Positions 9,264 through 20,429 are shown, numbered from the stretch's first letter. The stretch is 64,000 nucleotides of DNA from an uncultured Nitrospiraceae bacterium (GCA_963727805.1 CAVSHF010000005.1:544001-608000), one strand, 5' to 3'. The notes: generated from the sequence alone by a model not told the origin. Program-made: numbers and translations.

Positions 9264-10759
9264 TGAACACCTCCAAACTGCGCATAGACAGCCAAATCCG
9301 GAGGTGGCAGCGTCGGCCAGCAGGCCAATGGGGGTATGGGGCTGACGGTGTCACCCGTGTAAGCGAGCACATGATGCACGCCGTCGCTGGTGCTGATGTT
9401 GTTCTCTATGGCCAGTTCCACTGCCGCTTCAATCTCGCCGGCCTCATAATCACGATAGAACATAAGAACGGTGATGAAGTCCTTGATTCCTTTTGTTTCA
9501 CCCTGGGAACGGCAAAAACGCTCCAAAAGAAGGTGCAGGAACTGCGGCCAGCTCTTCCTCCATTGCTGGATTGGCCGTGCACTATTGAATGCCAACGGCC
9601 TCTGTTGGATAAGTTCAAGATAATGGTCAGCCTTCAGAGCCCATTTGTTGTTGCCGTACAAACGCTCATGCGTTGTCAGTTTCTTCGTGCCTGTAAAGAT
9701 CTCCACCCGATCAGCACGGAGCAGCACCTTCACTCTGAACCCAGCATAACGGCTTGGTACCGAATATCGGTTCTTATCCACGATGACCGTGGCATACTTG
9801 TCGGCCCGGCCCACTGATGTCTGCACATTGCTGAATACAGCTTCGGGAAGGGCAAGAAGATGCCCTTTCTCCTCTTCGTATAATTCGTTCACGGTGAGGT
9901 CGCGTCCAGCCATCTTGTGATCGCCGTAAGCGACGCACTGCCGAAGAATCTCCTCGTTCAGCTCTTCCAGGCTAGCTGCCTCCGGTATAGGGACCATGTA
10001 ATTGCGTCGTGCATAACCGACCAGTCCTTCAACGCCGCCTTTCTCATTACCGCTGTCGGGATTGCAAAACCGGGCTTCAAAGCTGTAGTAGGCCTTGAAC
10101 TTGCTGAATCCGGACTGCTCGATGCGATCGCGCCCTCGCAACACCTTCTGTACCGCTGTCGTTAGATTGTCGTAGATTAGGACCGGGAATATACCGTCAT
10201 AGAAGGAAAACGCGTGGATATGCGCATCCAGGAATGCCTGTTGTCTCTCACAAAGATAGAAACGTACGAAGTGTTTGCCGGAATACTTACTGCGCATGCA
10301 GAAAAACTTCAGCCGGAGTTCTTCCCCTGCAATGATCGCCGTCGCAGTGCCCCAGTCAACTTCCGCTTCCTGCCCTGCCTCTGGATTGCATGGGATAAAG
10401 ACGCGCGGTGTTTCGATCCCCAAAATCACCCTGGCAAGTCTCACATAGCGGCGAACAGTGGACTCTCCTCCTTTATAGTCACGCTCATCCACTAACCTAT
10501 TGTATATCCGGTGCGCCGTATGCCGCTGCTTCTTCGGTTTGTCTTTGTCGCTCTTAAGCCAGTTATCGATAGCCACCATGTAATCGCCAAGGGCAGGAAA
10601 CGGCTGATGGCTCCTTTCCTTGTACCCCCACGGCTCTCCGCGTATGGCTTTTTTGATCGTGTTCCGAGAATGGCCCGTTAATCTTGATAACTCACTGATG
10701 TTCTGTCCGTACACCCGATGACCCGTCCTGACCAATTCATACTGATCCATCTTGAGCAC
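9260..10759 (-). CDS. istA: IS21 transposase (start probably GTG 10759 or ATG 10750)
   Basis: N-terminal HTH; DDE motifs EAEVDWG, YDN and EKG.VE; NRYSVP. Confidence 0.96.
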   Translation of the reverse strand: MLKMDQYELVRTGHRVYGQNISELSRLTGHSRNTIKKAIRGEPWGYKERSHQPFPALGDYMVAIDNWLKSDKDKPKKQRHTAHRIYNRLVDERDYKGGESTVRRYVRLARVILGIETPRVFIPCNPEAGQEAEVDWGTATAIIAGEELRLKFFCMRSKYSGKHFVRFYLCERQQAFLDAHIHAFSFYDGIFPVLIYDNLTTAVQKVLRGRDRIEQSGFSKFKAYYSFEARFCNPDSGNEKGGVEGLVGYARRNYMVPIPEAASLEELNEEILRQCVAYGDHKMAGRDLTVNELYEEEKGHLLALPEAVFSNVQTSVGRADKYATVIVDKNRYSVPSRYAGFRVKVLLRADRVEIFTGTKKLTTHERLYGNNKWALKADHYLELIQQRPLAFNSARPIQQWRKSWPQFLHLLLERFCRSQGETKGIKDFITVLMFYRDYEAGEIEAAVELAIENNISTSDGVHHVLAYTGDTVSPIPPLACWPTLPPPDLAVYAQFGGVQ

Positions 10760-11504
10760 TCCTTCCTCCTCAGCATAAAAATGGGGCAACTTGGAAACTA
10801 TGCCCCACTTCATCATGAGGAGATATGCTTGGGATGATCAATTTTCGGTTATCAAAACCCCGCTTTGCTGGTCAATTTTAGGTTATCAAAACCAGTCGTT
10901 CTCAAAGGAGGAGGACATGATTGCGGGAGAGGGACTGCAACACAAATGTTTACTACTGTTTAGCTGCTAATTAGTTACCGACTCTATTTTTTAGTTACCA
11001 TCTATATTTTTCATGATCAATTATTGATTTGGACCAAAAATCTGTGACAGTGCTCTATATTTTATTTTCAATGAGTTATAAGTGATCGTACTGTTATACT
11101 TGTGCACGATATTTTGTCCATTCGAATACTGAAAGCATAGAGAAAATAACAAAAAAGTGCAACAGTACTACATCCTCCAAACACCGCACGATAAGCCCGC
11201 AATCGAAATCATTTTTTCAGCAAGACACATTCAGACTTTGCCACACATGCTTCGGCGGCTTTTATGGACTTAATGACTCGATTTCACCAAGAAAGCAATA
11301 CCTCGGCCATCCCAAGAGAAACGATGACTTCCGAAAATAACCATGCATCCAGAAATTTCGATACGCACGCTCGGTTGCTCACAGAAAGCATCTCGGGATG
11401 GCATAATGAATATAATGAAGTGTATGAGCAGTAAGCATCAGGGACGATTCTGAGGAACTTCGCTGCTCCGGTTGAGGATTCAGATGTTGAGATTGCAGCT
11501 CAAC

Positions 11505-12116
11505 CTATTCCTTAACATCATACCCCGGATACAGTTTTTTAGCGCAGTCTGGACATATCCCGTGAGATAGATACACGTCGTGCCGAGTAGCAAGGTATTC
11601 TTCTACGCTCTCCCAGTAGTTATCGTCGTTTCTGATCTTTTTACAGCTGCAGCATATCGGCATCATATCTCTGAGTTGAACTATCTCGCTGATGTCTTCG
11701 AGAAAGAGCACAGCAAGTGATTTGTCGTTATGTTTGAAAGGCGCAGCACTCACCATTAGATGAATTTCAGTCACACTGTCGCTATTATCAAGCTCCATTT
11801 TGGTCACTGCACGGATGGTCTTCCCTCCGTGAATAGCACCTGTGACAGAGTTTCTCACAACACACTCCGTACAAGCAGACGAATGACCACAGCCCTCCGC
11901 TGTCTCTGTAGATGAGATGCAATGCAGTGCTTCTCCACCACGCTTCATATAGACGGACTTCTTATCTTCGCCAAGGACTTTGGATGCTGCCGCATTATAA
12001 AAAAGAATTCGTACATCCTCATCTACAACCATGCAAATTGTAGGCATGCTATCAAAGAGGTCTCGCAGGAACTCGTTCCCTTCAATCACCGTGTCTTTTA
12101 TATCCATCTCCAACAA
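11505..12116 (-). CDS. PAS-domain protein with C-terminal Cys/His cluster (PICCSCKKIR...SHGICPDC)
   Basis: PAS-like N-terminus with an internal C...GCG....C..C insert; the C-terminal CxxC..H..CxxC module is seen on many signalling proteins of anaerobes. Confidence 0.8.
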   Translation of the reverse strand: MLEMDIKDTVIEGNEFLRDLFDSMPTICMVVDEDVRILFYNAAASKVLGEDKKSVYMKRGGEALHCISSTETAEGCGHSSACTECVVRNSVTGAIHGGKTIRAVTKMELDNSDSVTEIHLMVSAAPFKHNDKSLAVLFLEDISEIVQLRDMMPICCSCKKIRNDDNYWESVEEYLATRHDVYLSHGICPDCAKKLYPGYDVKE

Positions 12117-12459
12117 TCTCCATAATCGCTGCGTTATGTTCCATGAACTACGTCCTTATCTAACACTTTCCTTACTTTTCTAAACAGATATAGCCTTAAC
12201 ACCAATGCAAGATTGTGTAACCATTCAATCATAATCCTATTGTATACTCCGCTCTTTATTTTCGCAAAAAAAAGAGCCTGCTCTATGAACAGCCGGAGAG
12301 GGGCACGCACGGCATTGATTACTTTGTAGCCATTTGAGCAACAGGTCCTCACATTCATGGTGATGGAACCCGATACTCTAGAGACCTTTATCTGCAGTTG
12401 AGGTGCACCCTTTTATGGTATAAAAAAGGCATTCCTTGTAATTCTGATGAGGCTTCTTC

Positions 12460-13068
12460 TCAACAATTCGGACGCTCTGTGCATGGCTTATCTCCAGGTC
12501 CCGGCAATTCCGCTTTCTTCCCACCTGCTGATTCTCCTTCAATAAGAGATTCGACGTCAGGATACGGGTATATGGTAACGGCTCCGTTTTCAGGTAAACA
12601 TCCCGAATCGATCGATGGCCCGTATACACTATAGACTTTTCTCCCTAACAACCTAAGCAAAACTCCCTGCTCTGCCCGATGATGCGCAGTGTGTGTTATC
12701 CTTCTCAGCATAATCCAAGCCCTCGTTCTTATAACATCAAAAAAAGACACTTCAGTCTCCCACCATGCCTTATCTTTCTTTTTAAGAGCGGCGAGCCTCT
12801 TTCCACTATCTTCAGCATACCTTTTCATAAACTCAATGCGTATTTCCTGATTAGGCAAGGGAGGCGCTCCAACATCAATACCGAACATATTACAAAACCA
12901 CTTGTTTTCACTCAAACACTGATGCACCATATGTTCTAGGGCATTTCTGTCTCTTTCATCCAATGGATGAGGGCGAATTGAAAGATCGTCATCCATGAAT
13001 GTGCTCCAAACACTGAGAGTTTTTAGTCGTTCTGTCTCATAAGTGTCTATAAGAAAATCATATTCCAT
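12460..13068 (-). CDS. DinB-family protein
   Basis: EH.VHQC.SE..W, RR..H.AHHR and ..SVYGPS.D motifs. Confidence 0.85.
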   Translation of the reverse strand: MEYDFLIDTYETERLKTLSVWSTFMDDDLSIRPHPLDERDRNALEHMVHQCLSENKWFCNMFGIDVGAPPLPNQEIRIEFMKRYAEDSGKRLAALKKKDKAWWETEVSFFDVIRTRAWIMLRRITHTAHHRAEQGVLLRLLGRKVYSVYGPSIDSGCLPENGAVTIYPYPDVESLIEGESAGGKKAELPGPGDKPCTERPNC

Positions 13069-13336
13069 TTCTCCTCCTTCACTTAACTTGAGTTACTGTT
13101 CACAAGCATCCCGAAGAGAATAACTTTTGTTCCTAATGGCAGATAAAGTCTATAGATCTTATCTTCAGCCATTTCCCCTCGATATTTTAGCTGCCAAACA
13201 TTCTTTTCCAAGCCTATTTTTACAATCCTACCGCCTGACTCTGACAGAGTCAAGCGGTATTTGCACAAAATCGCCCTGAGCATTTCCAGTCTTACACACC
13301 AGCGTATTCAGGATACCCTCGACCGATGACAATAAG

Positions 13337-13375
13337 TAGCAGTTACTACTAGCAGTGACAACTAGCAGTTACTAT
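13337..13375 (+). repeat. Three tandem 13-nt repeats TAGCAGT(T/G)AC(T/A)A(C/T)
   Basis: tagcagttactac / tagcagtgacaac / tagcagttactat; the last 17 nt are the IS target duplication. Confidence 0.75.
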
Positions 13376-14819
13376 TGTTACGGCAATATGATAATGTCCT
13401 CTTATAGCAAGATAGAAATGTCCTCATAAAGATGCTATCATGCCCTTTTTTATAAGGGGGCGAGATGGCAGGAGAGGACAGAGTATTAATGAGCGCGAAA
13501 GAGGTCAAGCGACTGCACGTACTAGAGAAGTATAACGAGGGATTGATAGGGCAAACCGAGGGAGCGGAGATATTAGGGGTTAGTGTGCGGCATTTCAGGA
13601 GGTTGCAGAAGAGAGTCCTGGTAGAAGGAGCAATGGGAGTAGTTAATAGGCACAGAGGGAAGCCTTCCAATCGTGCCATCCAGATGCAAACACGTCAAAG
13701 GGCACTGGAAGCCTATCGAAGTAAGTATTATGACTTTGGTCCGACATTGGCAGCAGAGAAGCTGTTGGAATACGAGAGCATAAAGGTAAGCAAAGAGACT
13801 TTTCGGAAATGGCTTATAGATGCCGGGTTATGGCAGAAACCAAAGAAGAAAGCGAAACATCGACGATATCGGCAGCGCAAGAGCTGTTTTGGCATGATGG
13901 TGCAGGTAGACGGCTCGGAGCATGCCTGGTTTGAAGATCGTGGACCCAGGGGTGTCCTGATGGCTTATATTGATGATGCTACGAATCATATCTATGGAAG
14001 GTTTTACAAATACGAAGGTACAATCCCAGCCATGGACAGCTTCATGAGATATGCCCGCAAGTATGGTCTTCCCGGCAGCATCTATCTGGACAGGCATCAA
14101 ACATACAAATCAAACGGGAAGCAAGAGGATGTCTATGATGAGAATGGAAACGCTATAGATGCTTTAAGCCAGTTTGCGCGGGCGATGAAGGAACTGGAAG
14201 TGAGAGTAATCTATGCATACAGTCCCCAGGCTAAAGGAAGAGTGGAGCGTTTGTTTGGGATACTGCAGGACAGGCTGGTTAAGGAGTTGCGGCTTAAAGG
14301 GATCAGCAGCATAGAAGAGGCAAACAGTTACTTGCCCGAATACTTCAAAAGACACAATGCACAGTTTGCTGTAGTGGCGGAACAAGCATAGGATATGCAC
14401 CGGCCTGCGCCAGTGGCTTCAGCATTGCGTGAGATCCTCTGCATAAAGACAGAACGAACGGTGAGAAACGACAATACCATATCGCACGATTCTAAGCTTT
14501 ATCAGATAGACGCAACTTTACATGGCAAGAAGGTGATGATTGAAGAGAGTATAGATGGCAAGATGCTGATAAGACATAACAATGACATCTTTAATTTCAG
14601 TGAAATAACAAAGAGGCCGGAAAAGAAACGAAAAGCAGTTCGCCCATATCGGCAAAGAAAGGCAATTCCGATGCCAATTGACCATCCGTTCAGAAAGACA
14701 AAGGACCTAATGTTTAAGAAGGATCAACTGAGAAAAGAGAGAAAACAACAAGTGCCATGGGCACTTCTATAAAACCGGACACCCATTTAGAGGGCACCCA
14801 TTTCTACTTTGCCTTGACA
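13376..14819 (+). mobile_element. IS1202-type (formerly ISNCY) insertion sequence
   Basis: Ends TGTTACGGCAA... / ...TTGCCTTGACA; exact 17-bp direct repeat CAACTAGCAGTTACTAT at 13359-13375 and 14820-14836. Confidence 0.88.
13465..14772 (+). pseudogene. DDE transposase with one in-frame amber stop (14389-14391)
   Basis: HTH, Y.DFGPTLA.EKL, Q.DGS.H.WFE.R, IDDAT, Y.D and SPQAKGRVER. The ORF continues in the same frame after TAG (EQA*DMHRP...R.VR.DNTI). Confidence 0.88.
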
Positions 14820-14902
14820 CAACTAGCAGTTACTATTTGCTATGATGCTAAAAGTGTGCTATAGTTGCAAAAAGATGAAAAAGGAATTTCATATATTAAT
14901 CG

Positions 14903-15208
14903 TTGAATGCATCAATGAAAATGAATGATATGCTCTTTAATATTTTATTGGCTATAGCAGCATTGTGTTGGATTGCATGTATTCTTGTGTATTTATCAAT
15001 ACAACTCCATTATTCTGCTCGGAGAGAAGGATTCGCTGGTAGATTATTCTTATCATCTTTAAAGTTAGACTATTCATCTGTTACTAAAGAAATGACGCCC
15101 AGGGATAGGAAATTATATCTACTGACTTTTATTGGAACATGGGTCCTTTTGTTGCCGGGGGGCTATTTTATTGGTTCCATCTTGCACTGGTATTTAAACA
15201 AACATTGA
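14903..15208 (+). CDS. Small two-TM membrane protein
   Basis: Two hydrophobic helices; AT-rich ORF. Confidence 0.55.
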   Translation: MNASMKMNDMLFNILLAIAALCWIACILVYLSIQLHYSARREGFAGRLFLSSLKLDYSSVTKEMTPRDRKLYLLTFIGTWVLLLPGGYFIGSILHWYLNKH

Positions 15209-15404
15209 CGAAACGTCTCGCAGGATGACATAAAACTGCCCACGGCCTACCCGTAAGCTTGAGCGTGTAGGAGGGTTAACAATTACCGATAGAAATAAAG
15301 CGTCTTCACTAAGGCTGGCGCTATCGAGTAGAAAGCTCCAGGTTGAAATAGAGCTTTGCGGCTACAGATGAACGTTGTCCCTAAAATACTAGTGAGCCTA
15401 CACT

Positions 15405-17420
15405 TCATTTATCTAGAATCGCTCGCACCTCTTGCAAAAGCTGTCTTAGTGAAATGGGCTTTGAGAGTGAACGTAATCCTTTTTCAAGCAATCCTTGTTT
15501 TTGAAGTGTTTCCGCTGTGTAACCGCTTGTGAATATGGCTTTGATCCTGGGTCTCATGCTCCGTATCTCCATGTATGCCTCTTTCCCATTTTTCTTTGGC
15601 ATTATTACATCTGCAATAAGAAGATCTATTTTATTACTGTGTTCACTAAATTTATTTATTGCATCCTGCCCATCATCTGCCACTATCACCGTGTATCCAA
15701 ATTGCTCAAGGACGGCTTGTGTGACCGCTCTCACTTCAGCATTATCTTCCGCCAACAGTATCGTCTCCGACCCACCTTTTAATGATATTTGTTCTTTTGT
15801 TTCTGCTTCCTCAGCTCTTAGTTGTATTGCTGGCAGATAAATCCTGAATATAGTGCCTTCCCCTAGTTCGCTGTACACATTGATAAATCCCTTGTGCTGC
15901 TTGATGATCCCATAGGCCATTGCGAGCCCAAGCCCGGTCCCTTTGCCAACATCCTTTGTCGTAAAGAATGGTTCAAATATCCTTACCCTTGTCTTTTCAT
16001 CCATCCCAATCCCTGTATCTGTCACTGATAATAAGGCAAACTTGCCTATCTCTCCGTATCCATGGATCTTTATGAATTCTGTGTCTAGCTCCGTTAGCTT
16101 CGTGCTCAGAGTCAATATGCCGCCACTTGGCATCGCATCTCTTGCATTGGTGGCAAGATTAACCAATACCTGCTCGATCTGACCCCTATCCACAAATGAA
16201 ACAATGCTCTCTTCTGTGAGCATTGTTATTAGCTCTATGTGCTCTCCTATGAGTCGCATCAACAGTTTGGTTGTCGTCTGAACTATATCATTGATGTCTG
16301 TAGGCTTCTGATCCATTGCCTGTTTCCTACTAAAAGCAAGCAAACTGCGAGTAAGATTAGCTGCCCTGCCTGACACTGCGACAATCTGGGAAGCATAGTC
16401 CCTTGTCATATCCTCTTTTGTCCGCATTTGCACGAGGCTGGAATACCCCATTATCGCACTCAATATGTTGTTGAAGTCGTGTGCCACTCCCCCCGCAAGT
16501 TGCCCGACCGCCTCCATTTTCTGGGCCTGGATAAGTTGTTGTTCCAGTGTCTTGCGTTCCGTTAGATCATGAAAAATGACTATATTTTTGTCTTTTATTG
16601 ACGCCATCCTAAACTCAATATCGCGCACATCCCCATTCTTACAAGTGACTCTCCATTCCCGAGATTCTGTCTCTTTTCCGTCTCTTCTGGCTTTGCTCGC
16701 CGCCATTCTCCAGCTATTAATTACCTTTGCTCTATATTCTTCATTAGGGTATGCAAGAGGCCACCAGTCATCTACTGAGGGAATTTCTTCTAGAGTGTAT
16801 CCGAAGGTTTCTATGAATTTATTGTTGAAGAATGTTAAGTTGCCTACTTTGTCTGCCACTGCAATGGCAACCGGAATACGCTCTAGTAGCTGTTTAAAGT
16901 TTTCTTCATTTCTCTTCAGTGCTTCCTCGGCAAGCGTACGTTCGGTGATATCCTGCAATGTCTCAATGGCTGCTATTAGGTTTCCCTCACTGTCACATAT
17001 GGCAGCAGCGTCAAAAAGAATGTATCTATCCTTCTTGTTTAAATTCGGGTACCATCCCTCCGCATGCAAGGAATTGGGGTTTAGCGTGGACTTAGCATAT
17101 ACCGAGTATAAATCAGAGAGTCTATTAACATCTCCATCAATAATAACATCGGCAAGACATGGCCGTTTATAAGGATAAAAAGCTTTCCAGTGATTATCTG
17201 TTCCTATCATTTTAGAAGCTGGAATACCTGTGAGTTCTTGGCAAGCCGTGTTCCAAGTCAAGACTGTGTGTCGGTGGTCCAGCACAAAGGTTGCGACCGC
17301 AGAATTCTCTATCAACTTCTCTGCGAAGCCCCGGTTGGCCATATTGACCAGACTGTCTTGTTGTGAATTCACTTTGCTGATGTCAGCGCCCAGCTTATCT
17401 CTAGTATTGATCAATGCCAT
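15405..17420 (-). CDS. Hybrid sensor kinase PAS-PAS-HisKA-HATPase-REC
   Basis: [10 protein letters not shown]-box, [28 protein letters not shown]-terminal receiver. Confidence 0.95.
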   Translation of the reverse strand: MALINTRDKLGADISKVNSQQDSLVNMANRGFAEKLIENSAVATFVLDHRHTVLTWNTACQELTGIPASKMIGTDNHWKAFYPYKRPCLADVIIDGDVNRLSDLYSVYAKSTLNPNSLHAEGWYPNLNKKDRYILFDAAAICDSEGNLIAAIETLQDITERTLAEEALKRNEENFKQLLERIPVAIAVADKVGNLTFFNNKFIETFGYTLEEIPSVDDWWPLAYPNEEYRAKVINSWRMAASKARRDGKETESREWRVTCKNGDVRDIEFRMASIKDKNIVIFHDLTERKTLEQQLIQAQKMEAVGQLAGGVAHDFNNILSAIMGYSSLVQMRTKEDMTRDYASQIVAVSGRAANLTRSLLAFSRKQAMDQKPTDINDIVQTTTKLLMRLIGEHIELITMLTEESIVSFVDRGQIEQVLVNLATNARDAMPSGGILTLSTKLTELDTEFIKIHGYGEIGKFALLSVTDTGIGMDEKTRVRIFEPFFTTKDVGKGTGLGLAMAYGIIKQHKGFINVYSELGEGTIFRIYLPAIQLRAEEAETKEQISLKGGSETILLAEDNAEVRAVTQAVLEQFGYTVIVADDGQDAINKFSEHSNKIDLLIADVIMPKKNGKEAYMEIRSMRPRIKAIFTSGYTAETLQKQGLLEKGLRSLSKPISLRQLLQEVRAILDK

Positions 17421-17874
17421 ATACCTACGTCTTTTCTAAGTGTCGTATCCACCTTATCTTATCGGATTATATGAAGATTTCTTGAATTGATGCTATGATT
17501 GCCAGTGAGGAGTATTATAGGCAACTTTTACCATCTCAAAGTGATGCCGTGAGGTTGTTCGGTGAAGCTGGCGGGATGACGTGCATTTACAAGAGAAACC
17601 TTGCGTGATATTCAATATATCGCGTGTGTTTATTTCCAGAAATAATCTGCAATGCACCCCATCATGCCGCGATAGAGGTTATGAATAGTAGGACTAAACC
17701 GCTGCGCGGTGGATTCGATTAGCAAGGGCCTATCAGTAGTAGTACCATCTTTTTCGAATAGCCACTTTTGCCTGATCACATTTCTTTGTTGAACCATCGA
17801 AGTCTTTTTACAATCTCTCTTTGCTGTGCTGCCGGCATGAGCTGGCAGAAAACAGTTTCAAAGGAGATTGTATT

Positions 17875-18720
17875 ATGAGCGCGTTGAAAGAACGGTTGCT
17901 GCAGGATCTTCAGTTGAAGGGCATTACGCTTGGTGTCCAAAGGAAATATCTCCGGGAAGTCGGTAACCTTGAGAATTATTTCGGCAAGTCTCCTGAAGAA
18001 CTGAGTACAGAGGAAGTGAAGCAGTATCTGGTTCATCTTATGGAAGAAAGGGGTTTAACGAGGGGGACATACAGAACCTATGTGGCCGGGATCAAGTTCC
18101 TTTATAATACGACCCTGAATCGTGCGGATGTAGTCAATAATATTCAATATCCGAAAGCCCAGAAGAAGCTGCCTCTCGTTTTGGATTTGTCCGAAGTCCA
18201 GGCGATTTTCTCAGTCACTGAAAACATCAAGCACAAGGCGCTTCTGATGATCACCTATTCTGCCGGGTTGAGAATAAGTGAAGCTGCGCGACTGAAGGTG
18301 ACAGATATCGACAGCAAGAGTATGCTGGTTTATGTCCGTCTTGGAAAAGGGGCAAAGGACCGTTACTCCATCTTATCGCAGACTGCCCTTGAGTGCTTAA
18401 GACAGTATTGGAGGGAATATCGCCCGGAGGAGTGGTTATTTGAAGGCGAGAAGGACAACACCCATATCACTATAAGCTCCATCTACCAGATATTCCAAAA
18501 ATCCAAGAAACGCGCCGGCATCGCAAAGAATGCTTGCGTGCATACTCTGAGGCATAGTTTTGCGACACACCTTATCGAGGCGGGGACTAGTCTTCATCAT
18601 GTCCAACTGCTTCTTGGGCACAGGTCACCGACGACCACGACCGTTTATCTTCATGTCAGCAAGATGAATCTGGCAAAAGTTGTCAGTCCGCTGGACATAG
18701 CAACTAAAAAATATCTGTAG
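17875..18720 (+). CDS. Tyrosine recombinase/integrase with SAM-like N-domain
   Basis: GLR.SE, GKG.KDR, HTLRHSFATHL.E.G, Q.LLGH and T..Y catalytic set intact; AAGGAG RBS before ATG 17875. Confidence 0.95.
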   Translation: MSALKERLLQDLQLKGITLGVQRKYLREVGNLENYFGKSPEELSTEEVKQYLVHLMEERGLTRGTYRTYVAGIKFLYNTTLNRADVVNNIQYPKAQKKLPLVLDLSEVQAIFSVTENIKHKALLMITYSAGLRISEAARLKVTDIDSKSMLVYVRLGKGAKDRYSILSQTALECLRQYWREYRPEEWLFEGEKDNTHITISSIYQIFQKSKKRAGIAKNACVHTLRHSFATHLIEAGTSLHHVQLLLGHRSPTTTTVYLHVSKMNLAKVVSPLDIATKKYL

Positions 18721-18741
18721 CACTCTGAGCCGTAAATCCAG

Positions 18742-19938
18742 ATGCGCCAGTCTCGTGGTGTGGAGGTGGCGGATATCTTACGCCGCTACGGCTCCGATTA
18801 TCGGCAGTCTCATTCCTTGCCTCTTCGTCATCTGCGGGCCATGCACGCCGTGGAGATATGCAGGACGGCAGCACTCGGAGGCCATAGGGACAAGTGCGAG
18901 GATTGCGGCCACGTCGAGATATCCTACAACTCCTGCCGGAACAGGCACTGTCCCAAATGCCAGACCCTGAAAAAAGAACAGTGGATTGAGGCCAGACAAC
19001 AGGACCTTTTGCCCATCCAGTACTTCCATGTAGTTTTCACTATCCCGTCGGAACTCAATCCGGTTGTCATAATGAATCAGAAGGTCATGTATGATCTGCT
19101 GTTCCGTTGTGTCTCCGAAACTCTCACCGAACTCTCAAATGACCAGAAGCATCTCGGTGCCCGCATCGGCTTCATCAGCATCCTTCATACCTGGGGGCAG
19201 AATCTGATGGACCATCCCCATATCCACTGTGTCGTCACCGGAGGCGGCCTGTCTTGCGACGGAGACAGTTGGGTATCCTGCCGCAAAGGCTTCTTCATTC
19301 CGGTCAGGGTAATGTCGGCGTTGTTCCGGGGAAAGTTCCTCGATCATCTGAAAAGGATCTTTGAAGCGGGTGATCTTATCTTTCCCGGAGGAATAAGTCA
19401 TCTCGGCGATTCCCATACCTTCGAGATGCTCAGAAGAAAGCTTTATCACAAGAAGTGGGTTGTCTACTGCAAACCGCCCTTCGACGGAGTTGGCGGCGTC
19501 CTGCAATATCTCGGCCGATATACGCACAGGATCGCCATCAGCAACAATCGTATAATCGAGGCCGAAAACGGCAAGGTCTCGTTCAAATGGCGTGATTACG
19601 CAGATGACGATAAGCACAAGGTGATGACTCTGCAGGCCGATGAGTTCATCAGAAGATTCCTTCTGCATGTACTGCCGAATCGATACGTTCGGATAAGGCA
19701 CTTCGGCCTGCTGGCAAACAGGAAACGTAGAGATAACATTGCTGCATGCCGCGAGCTTCTTGACAGTCACAACACCGTAATGAAAGAGCAGGACAAGCCT
19801 GAGACCTGGCAGGAACAGCTGCTAAGGATCTGCGGCATTGACGTCACCACCTGCCCCGTTTGCAAAAAAGGCAAGATGCGCCGAATTGAGATTCTGCCTC
19901 CCCGCCGCTGCAACGATCCTCCGGAGCAATGCCGATGA
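18742..19938 (+). CDS. IS91-family transposase with Zn-binding domain
   Basis: CRT..LGG...C..C, YNSCRNRHCPKCQ, HTWG..L..HPH.HC (HUH), YL.RY (Y2), EFIRRFL.HVLP and C-terminal CP.C. Confidence 0.95.
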   Translation: MRQSRGVEVADILRRYGSDYRQSHSLPLRHLRAMHAVEICRTAALGGHRDKCEDCGHVEISYNSCRNRHCPKCQTLKKEQWIEARQQDLLPIQYFHVVFTIPSELNPVVIMNQKVMYDLLFRCVSETLTELSNDQKHLGARIGFISILHTWGQNLMDHPHIHCVVTGGGLSCDGDSWVSCRKGFFIPVRVMSALFRGKFLDHLKRIFEAGDLIFPGGISHLGDSHTFEMLRRKLYHKKWVVYCKPPFDGVGGVLQYLGRYTHRIAISNNRIIEAENGKVSFKWRDYADDDKHKVMTLQADEFIRRFLLHVLPNRYVRIRHFGLLANRKRRDNIAACRELLDSHNTVMKEQDKPETWQEQLLRICGIDVTTCPVCKKGKMRRIEILPPRRCNDPPEQCR

Positions 19939-20429
19939 AAACCGTGGTCGTTTCAAAAATCGCCTCAATATCGCCCCGCGAAAAAAACATCTCTTTTCGC
20001 AACACGGTCTTGTTGTCCGAAAACGCCACTTTCGGCCCTTGCACATCATCGCAAAGGTCAAACAGGGGCATTAAAGACGCTGCCTATCAGCCTTGTTCAG
20101 CAAGACTTGCTCCTATATATCCTAAAAGATGCCACTGCCGATAGTATAAGGAAGGATAATCTTCGATTGAATTGACATATCCGCACAGCGGCTTAGTCCT
20201 TCACACGTCAATCCGCAACTTCGCAGCGGATTGACGCTTATTCGTACTGTTTCAATGACGTCAGAATCCTTTTTGTGCGGAGTATAAGTGGAACATCTCA
20301 GTGACCCGATCCTCGATAACTACTTATAATCGCGAGTCCTCCCAACACGGTGAAGACGCTTGATTTCGATCGGTAATCTTTGACGTACCCAATACGGCTT
20401 AGACCATTTGCCGAGCGATAAAAAACATC

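Larger units (their letters stand above)
8135..10894 (-). mobile_element. IS21-family element carrying a passenger ORF
   Basis: istA-istB pair; repeated end motifs AACC.AAA.TTGA.CA in inverted orientation at both ends; direct repeat GTCGTT at 8129-8134 and 10895-10900. Confidence 0.9.
17690..20236 (+). mobile_element. Tyrosine recombinase + IS91-like (Y2 HUH) transposase element
   Basis: Two-gene module bracketed by an 18/20 inverted repeat (17690-17709, 20181-20200) and followed by an 11-bp perfect hairpin (20206-20236). Confidence 0.8.

Noticed and set aside
10960..11120. Direct repeats TTAGTTACC, an IHF-like site and a degenerate sigma54-like box
   Set aside because: The -24 GG is not conserved and no downstream gene exists; too degenerate to call.
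13083..13283. 66-aa ORF upstream of dinB
   Set aside because: No motif; at best a truncated fragment.
17875..18720. Integron integrase (IntI) call
   Set aside because: It lacks the IntI-specific insertion before the HxxR box and is paired with an IS91-like transposase.
8093..20357. Shared 15-mer CAACACGGTG(G/A)AGAC at 8093 and 20343, each after a -10-like box
   Set aside because: A 14/15 match is expected many times by chance in 64 kb, and the similarity does not extend.
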